Of a stretch of 45,340 nucleotides of DNA, positions 36,360-45,340 are shown piece after piece (the first letter of the stretch is position 1; each line of letters begins with the position of its first letter). The notes beneath the pieces were generated by a model. It saw nothing but the letters and a program-made list of their open reading frames with translations. It did not search any database and was not told the DNA's origin. The stretch spans positions 1-45,340 of the forward strand of contig CAUJEF010000068.1 of assembly GCA_963169515.1 (NCBI GenBank), in the 5' to 3' direction. The translations under genes were made by a program, and so were the position numbers. The stretch is from Bdellovibrionota bacterium. GTDB taxonomy: Bacteria; Bdellovibrionota; Bdellovibrionia; Bdellovibrionales; JAEYZS01.

Positions 36360-37164
36360 TTGTTTAAGCCCCCTGCGCCAGGTAAAAATTCTCTCCGACT
36401 CATAAGCCGCTCAATCTTTTCTTTAATAAATTTTTCCCCCAATTGACTTTGATCCATATTTTTTAAAACGTCGATTGCTTTGTCGAAATCTTCCATCTCT
36501 TCATAAATGATCGCAACATTCAAACCAAGATTATTTTTTTTATAAAACTCCGCATCCTCGCTTTGTATTTGAAAAAAAATATTTAATGCTTCGCTGTATT
36601 GTTTATTCCCAGAAAAAATATCGGCAACCAGCATTTGTCCTTGGAATTTTAATTCTGCCCTCGGCGCGTCCTTGATGACTTTTTTTATTTCGACCATCGC
36701 TTGATCAAACCGCCTCAAAAAATAATAGCTCTTCGCAAGGCTAATCAAAACTTCAAATTTCCCCTCTTGAAAGGATGGCTTGGACAAAATCCTTTGATAT
36801 TCGACAACTGCTCGGCCGTAATCAGCCTCTTCAAAATAGGAGTCTGCAATTTTTCTTTGGTACTGAACTAACTGGCTCTCATCCGCCGAATGGGAAATGA
36901 TAAATTTGGCAAATTTTTGGAAAAAAGTTCTGTTCTCAGGCATTTTAAAAGCTGTGTCTGCCCCCAAAATAGCGGCCTTCAGAGCAACTGGATGTTCCGG
37001 TGACATTATCAAAATAAGTTCGAGGTCCTTTAGACCTTTTTGAATTTTTTCCTTTCGAATTTCGTTTTGTCCAGACTTATAAAGTCGCTCTTCTTTTTCG
37101 GTCTTACAGCTCGCTGTAGTTAAAAAAAAACTACTACAAGGCTAGTGAGTATTTTCTTTTTCAC
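36356..37164 (-). CDS. TPR lipoprotein, frameshifted within a T9 tract in its signal peptide
   Basis: GTG 37164 (GAGGG RBS) gives MKKKILTSLVVVFF*. One extra T continues it into LTTASC-KTEKEERLY..., joining the 218-aa TPR ORF for 269 aa in total. Confidence 0.75.
37122..37130. repeat. A9/T9 homopolymer at the frameshift
   Basis: Nine consecutive A on the plus strand. Confidence 0.9.
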
Positions 37165-39619
37165 CGCTTCCCTCTTCTTGCTTGTCTGATACAACCGCGA
37201 CGCTTGAAACATTTTCATCTTCGCCAACAGTGATCAATCGTACTCCTTGCGTATTTCTTGATATCAGAGAAATTGCCGAGCACTCCAGTCGAATAACTTT
37301 GCCGCCATCAGTAATAATTACGATGTCATCGCTTTCATTTACAGCCACTGTTGAAACAACTTTCCCAATTTTTTCTGTAATTTTTTGTGTAATGATACCG
37401 GACCCGCCACGTCCTTGAGCCCTGTATTCTTCAAGTGACGTTCTTTTTCCATAGCCTTTTTCTGTAACCATAAGAATTTGGCGAGCATCGTCCGGAACAA
37501 AAACTTCCGCTCCAATTACCGCGTCGTCTTTGCTCAGTGCTATCGCCTTTACGCCGCGAGCATTCCGGCCCATGGCGCGCACGTCGTCCTCAGGGAAGCG
37601 AATAGACATACCGTCGGTGGTGGCAACAAAAATATCATCGCTCCCGGTTGATAATTTTGCCTGGACCAGACTGTCGTTAATATCAATTGTGAGGGCAATG
37701 ATTCCGGACTGCCTTGGCCGTGAAAACTCGGACAATGGAGTTTTTTTGATAATTCCATTTTTGGTGACCAAGACAACATATCTATCCTCTGCAAACTGAT
37801 CCACGGGCAGGATGGCTTGAATTTTTTCGTTGCTTGATAGCTGGACAACATTCGCAATTGCTTTCCCTTTTGAAGTTCTCGTTCCGGCAGGAAGCTTATG
37901 AACCTTTACCCAGTAGACCTTTCCCTTATCTGAAAAAACAAGAAGAGTCGTTAGGGTATTGGCAATAAAAATTGAGGAGACAAAGTCTTCTTCATTTGTC
38001 TCTATGCCCTTCAGACCCTTCCCTCCTCGGCCCTGGGATCTGTAGGTGTTTTTTGGAATGCGCTTGATGTAGCCCTGACTTGTTATGGTTACGACGACGT
38101 CCTCTGGAGCGATGAGATCTTCATCTTCGATGGCCTCGGCCTCCTCGCCTGTGATTTGAGTTTTTCTTTCGTCTCCAAATTTCTTTTTTACCTCACGGAG
38201 GTCTTCGACAATAATTTTGTGAATTTCCTTAACGTCGGAAAGTACCTTCTTAAGCCAGGCAATCAGGCCTTCTTGTTCTTTTATCTCAGCGTCTATTTTC
38301 TGACGTTCTAGGCCTGTCAATCGTGACAGGCGCATTTCAAGAATCGAGTTTGCTTGGATTTCAGAAAATTGAAATTTTTTGATTAGATTTTCGCGCGCAA
38401 CACCAACCTCGGCACTTTTCTTAATTGTATCTACAATCTCATCAATCTGATCCAGAGCCTTTTTTAACCCAAGCAAAATATGAATTCGCGCTTCTGCTTT
38501 TTTTAAGTCGAATATGCATCGCTTAGTTACAATGTCTTGCCTGTGGGCAACAAATGCCTGCATGATTCCTTTAAGATCAAAAACTTTGGGCCTATTTTTT
38601 TCATCCAGAGCCAGCAAGATGATGCCGAAGCGCGATTGCAATTGAGTATACTTAAATAAATTATTTAAAATAACAGAGCTGTTTTCGCCTTTTTTTAAAT
38701 CAATAACAACACGCATTCCTTCGCGAGAAGATTCATCACGAATATCAGATACGCCTTCAATTTTTTTATCTCTTACGAGGTCTGCTATATTTTCAATTAA
38801 CCGTGCCTTGTTCACCTGATATGGTATTTCTGTAACCACAATCCGTTCGCGATCTTTTCCGTGAGTTTCTATTTCTGTTACTGCACGCATGGTAATGCCA
38901 CCGCGACCATTCTTATAGGCGTCTAAAATTCCTTTGCGCCCAACAATTAATCCCGCGGATGGAAAGTCTGGTCCTTTTACAATCTGCAATAGGTCCGACA
39001 ATTGACAGTTCGGATCCTCGATAACCTTTATGCATCCATCTATAACTTCGTTTAAATTGTGGGGAGGAATATTTGTAGCCATGCCAACGGCAATTCCGGC
39101 GCTACCATTAATTAAAAGGTTGGGGACTCGGGCCGGAAGCACCAATGGAATTTCCAAAGAATCGTCATAGTTTGGGCCAAAAGGAACCGTTTCTTTATCT
39201 ATGTCCTCGAGCAAAGACTCTGCAAGTTCAGTCATTCGCACTTCTGTGTATCGCATCGCCGCAGGGTTATCGCCGTCTATAGACCCAAAATTCCCCTGTC
39301 CTTCAATTAATGGATACCGTAATGAAAAATCTTGAGCCATACGAACAGCCGTATCATAAACGGCTGTGTCCCCATGGGGATGATATTTACCAATCACATC
39401 ACCAACAACGCGAGCAGATTTTTTGTATGGCTTATCATGGGTATTCCCCATTTCGTGCATTGCGAACAAAATACGTCGATGAACGGGCTTCAGTCCATCT
39501 CGAACGTCAGGAAGAGCGCGACCCACAATTACGCTCATGGAATACTGAAGGTAAGCTTCCTTCATCTCTGAATCTATATCAACGTCCACTACGTTTTTAG
39601 GGACTTCAATTTCGTTCAC
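37142..39619 (-). CDS. gyrA: DNA gyrase subunit A
   Basis: RALPDVRDGLKPVHRR, HPHGD, AAMRYTE, GyrA-box QGRGGKG and pinwheel repeats. Confidence 0.98.
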   Translation of the reverse strand: MNEIEVPKNVVDVDIDSEMKEAYLQYSMSVIVGRALPDVRDGLKPVHRRILFAMHEMGNTHDKPYKKSARVVGDVIGKYHPHGDTAVYDTAVRMAQDFSLRYPLIEGQGNFGSIDGDNPAAMRYTEVRMTELAESLLEDIDKETVPFGPNYDDSLEIPLVLPARVPNLLINGSAGIAVGMATNIPPHNLNEVIDGCIKVIEDPNCQLSDLLQIVKGPDFPSAGLIVGRKGILDAYKNGRGGITMRAVTEIETHGKDRERIVVTEIPYQVNKARLIENIADLVRDKKIEGVSDIRDESSREGMRVVIDLKKGENSSVILNNLFKYTQLQSRFGIILLALDEKNRPKVFDLKGIMQAFVAHRQDIVTKRCIFDLKKAEARIHILLGLKKALDQIDEIVDTIKKSAEVGVARENLIKKFQFSEIQANSILEMRLSRLTGLERQKIDAEIKEQEGLIAWLKKVLSDVKEIHKIIVEDLREVKKKFGDERKTQITGEEAEAIEDEDLIAPEDVVVTITSQGYIKRIPKNTYRSQGRGGKGLKGIETNEEDFVSSIFIANTLTTLLVFSDKGKVYWVKVHKLPAGTRTSKGKAIANVVQLSSNEKIQAILPVDQFAEDRYVVLVTKNGIIKKTPLSEFSRPRQSGIIALTIDINDSLVQAKLSTGSDDIFVATTDGMSIRFPEDDVRAMGRNARGVKAIALSKDDAVIGAEVFVPDDARQILMVTEKGYGKRTSLEEYRAQGRGGSGIITQKITEKIGKVVSTVAVNESDDIVIITDGGKVIRLECSAISLISRNTQGVRLITVGEDENVSSVAVVSDKQEEGSGEKENTH

Positions 39620-39647
39620 ATCGTCTCCGGCTATCTAACTAATTAAT

Positions 39648-43210
<3,563 letters not shown>

Positions 43211-43211
43211 A

Positions 43212-44336
43212 TCAGATTCTCATTGGCATAACTAGACAACGATAGTCACCATCTTTTGATGGACGAATAATTCCTGGTGAAAGCTGATCATTTAATTCAA
43301 TTTTTATTTCATCATCTTCAATAGCATTCAATATATCTAATAAATATCTAGCATTGAATCCTATTTTCATATCTTCACCATTATAATTTACTTGTAGTTC
43401 TTCCTTTGCATCTCCTAATTCTGGATTATTAGATGTAATCGTCATATAGCCATTAGAAAAACTTAGTGTTACGCCTTTTGATTTTTTATTCGACAAAAGT
43501 GATACGCGCTTTAATGAAGTGAGCAGATCATTTTTAGAAGCCAATACTTGTCTCTTCAAAGATTTTGGCATCAATTGCATAAAGTTTGGATACTTCCCTT
43601 CTATCAAACGAATCATCAAAACTGTCGAAGACTGCTTTAATATTAATTGTGGTCCATCTACAGCTATTGAAATTTCATCTGTAGAATTCAATTCCAATAA
43701 TTTTTTTATTTCAAACAGGCCTTTCCTTGGAATAATAACACCCTTTTCTATTTTGCAATCATCGCTTCCTTCCACAGATCGGTCTATCAAACTTAATCTA
43801 TGACCATCGGTTGCAACCATCCGATACTGGGCGCCCTTCCCACTTTTGGTTTGTTCAAAATAAACACCATTTAGGTGATATCGAGTTTCGTCATTCGAAA
43901 CACTATAGATTGATTTTTCTATCATATCCCGAAAAAGTTCTGGTTTTAGAGTTAAGTAGTGATGTGCATGATACGTTGGGAAAACAGGATACTCTTCTGG
44001 ATTTTTTCCAACGATATTAAAAATGGCTTTACCTTGTTGGATTATTAGCCAATTATTTTCTTTGCTCTTTAACTGTATTAATCCATCTTGATTAAGTTCA
44101 CGAATAATGGAGTAAAGGTTTTTTGCATCCACAGCAACCTTGCCTTCTTTTTTAATCTCACATTCGACTTCGTCGGTAAGACTAACTTCCAAATCCGTAG
44201 CATAAATTTTTAATTTGTTATCCTTTGCTTCTAAAAGAGCATTAACAAGGATAGGCATGGTATTTCGTTTTTCGACGATATTCTGCGCCTTATCGAGCAA
44301 AACAGATATCAAGTCTTTCTTAATTTTAATTTCCAT
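43212..44336 (-). CDS. dnaN: DNA polymerase III beta clamp
   Basis: ATDLEV, ATDGHRL, IIPRK, IEGKYP, GFNARYL, VMPMRI. Confidence 0.97.
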   Translation of the reverse strand: MEIKIKKDLISVLLDKAQNIVEKRNTMPILVNALLEAKDNKLKIYATDLEVSLTDEVECEIKKEGKVAVDAKNLYSIIRELNQDGLIQLKSKENNWLIIQQGKAIFNIVGKNPEEYPVFPTYHAHHYLTLKPELFRDMIEKSIYSVSNDETRYHLNGVYFEQTKSGKGAQYRMVATDGHRLSLIDRSVEGSDDCKIEKGVIIPRKGLFEIKKLLELNSTDEISIAVDGPQLILKQSSTVLMIRLIEGKYPNFMQLMPKSLKRQVLASKNDLLTSLKRVSLLSNKKSKGVTLSFSNGYMTITSNNPELGDAKEELQVNYNGEDMKIGFNARYLLDILNAIEDDEIKIELNDQLSPGIIRPSKDGDYRCLVMPMRI

Positions 44337-44546
44337 ACCTTCTTATCTCCTTTTATCTATATATAAAACTAGTAGTTGCTGTAGGGGCGTTGATAAATCA
44401 TTTTAATTCTAACCATTTAAGACCATTAATCTTTTTCTGCTAAAAGCCATGTTGATAACTTTTTGTTTCATCCATGTTTTTTGTGTATTAATCTCATCAA
44501 CATCCTCATACCAATTTTTTACACTAGCATATTCACAATCCACATT
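44337..44546. other. oriC: Chromosomal replication origin oriC (dnaA-dnaN intergenic)
   Basis: DnaA-box-like 9-mers at 44388-96, 44450-58, 44482-90, 44494-502, 44529-37 and 44536-44. GC stretch at 44384-88, trio-like TAG TAG TTG CTG TAG at 44370-84, AT-rich tract at 44351-68. Confidence 0.85.
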
Positions 44547-45340
44547 TCACAAACCTGTGATATTGTGAATTTTCCTCTGCAACTCCTCGATTTCTCTTTT
44601 TAAATCTGAATCTTTTTCATGTAGATCTTCGACTCGACGCAAAGCGTTTATAACTGTTGTGTGGTCGCGTCCGCCGAACGCTCTTCCAATGTCCATAAGC
44701 GACTTGTCCAGAGAAGTTTTGATGAAATACATGGCAACTTGGCGTGCCACAACAATCGGTTTAGATCGAACAGAAGATTTTAAATCAGAGACGCGAATAT
44801 TAAAATGATCAGCTACAAGCTTTTGTATGTCTTCAATCGTCAATTGCTGCGACTCAGATGAATGTGAAGACAAAATTCTTTTTGTTAATTCTAACGAAAT
44901 AGGCAGGCCTTGGAGTTCCGTGAACATTTTTACTTTATTTAAATTTCCCTCAAGCTCACGAATTGAGCGCTTTGAAATTCGAGCTATGAAATTAATAACG
45001 TCGTCTGGAATGTTTAAATTTTTCCGCTCTGCTTTGTACCTTAAGATGGCAATTCTAGTTTCAACGTCAGGCATTTGTATATCAGCAATTAAACCCCATT
45101 CAAGGCGGGTTCGAATACGATCTTCCAAATTTTGAATATCTTTTGGCATACGATCACTTGCAACAACGACTTGGCGACCTGTTTCAAAAAATGAATTCAA
45201 TGTGTGAAAAAACTCTTCTTGAACCGCATCTCCACGACCAAGGATTTGGATATCATCCATTAACAAAACGTCGCATTCTTCTCGGTATTTCTTCTTAAAT
45301 TTTTGCATTTCGTTTGTGCGGATTCCGGCAATGCATTCAT
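44547..45340 (-). CDS. dnaA: Chromosomal replication initiator DnaA (3' part; 5' end outside window)
   Basis: LLMDDIQ Walker B, QEEFFHTLN, IRELEG, FGGRDHTTV. The frame is open to the window edge. Confidence 0.97.
   Translation of the reverse strand, partial: ECIAGIRTNEMQKFKKKYREECDVLLMDDIQILGRGDAVQEEFFHTLNSFFETGRQVVVASDRMPKDIQNLEDRIRTRLEWGLIADIQMPDVETRIAILRYKAERKNLNIPDDVINFIARISKRSIRELEGNLNKVKMFTELQGLPISLELTKRILSSHSSESQQLTIEDIQKLVADHFNIRVSDLKSSVRSKPIVVARQVAMYFIKTSLDKSLMDIGRAFGGRDHTTVINALRRVEDLHEKDSDLKREIEELQRKIHNITGL

Noticed and set aside
37106..37130. TACAGC-TC-GCTGTA inverted repeat plus A9 as a gyrA terminator
   Set aside because: On the gyrA strand the T run precedes the hairpin and the loop is tiny. 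The sequence is explained as the signal-peptide and lipobox coding region.
37013..37144. GyrA-TPR fusion by stop-codon read-through (same frame, single TAG)
   Set aside because: The alternative-frame GTG with RBS gives a coherent lipoprotein signal peptide, which is a much simpler explanation.
14463..38023. KOPS-like GGGNAGGG octamers (near 14463 on plus, near 38016 on minus)
   Set aside because: Only two were noticed, in opposite orientations and inside genes, so there is no evidence of skew.

Overview
A core-genome, origin-proximal window from a Bdellovibrionota (Bdellovibrio-like) bacterium. The assignment is inferred from gene content and order, which resemble my recollection of B. bacteriovorus Bd0001 to about Bd0057. 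Reading right to left on the minus strand: partial dnaA, oriC, dnaN, recF, gyrB, gyrA, a TPR lipoprotein gene frameshifted at a T9 tract, and atpZ-atpI-atpB-atpE, followed by a pseudo-receiver protein. A plus-strand run carries etfB, etfA, DUF374, three parvulin/SurA genes, pdxA, pmm/pgm and uvrA. Further left are FHA and alpha/beta-hydrolase genes, rpsF-DUF2232-rplI-dnaB (no rpsR), queE-fis, and ftsK-TPR-lptM-dapF-dapA-dapB-degenerate folK-tal-lipoprotein-secreted protein. The left end holds a sigma54-type lytic transglycosylase, a membrane metallophosphoesterase, a stand-alone bacterial histone, ligA and the start of gatC. The highlights are: (1) the 64-aa histone-fold gene, a Bd0055/HBb-type protein whose family is already described; (2) an oriC with a complete DnaA-box/GC/trio/AT unwinding element and variant TTATCAAC boxes; (3) a T9-frameshifted lipoprotein signal peptide; (4) a lipoprotein apparently starting at a non-canonical codon; (5) an S6:S18 leader with no rpsR in its operon; (6) a UvrA lacking its insertion domain; (7) a catalytically eroded FolK. 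I saw no mobile elements, CRISPR arrays, rRNAs or tRNAs. All family calls are by eye from motifs; no searches were run.
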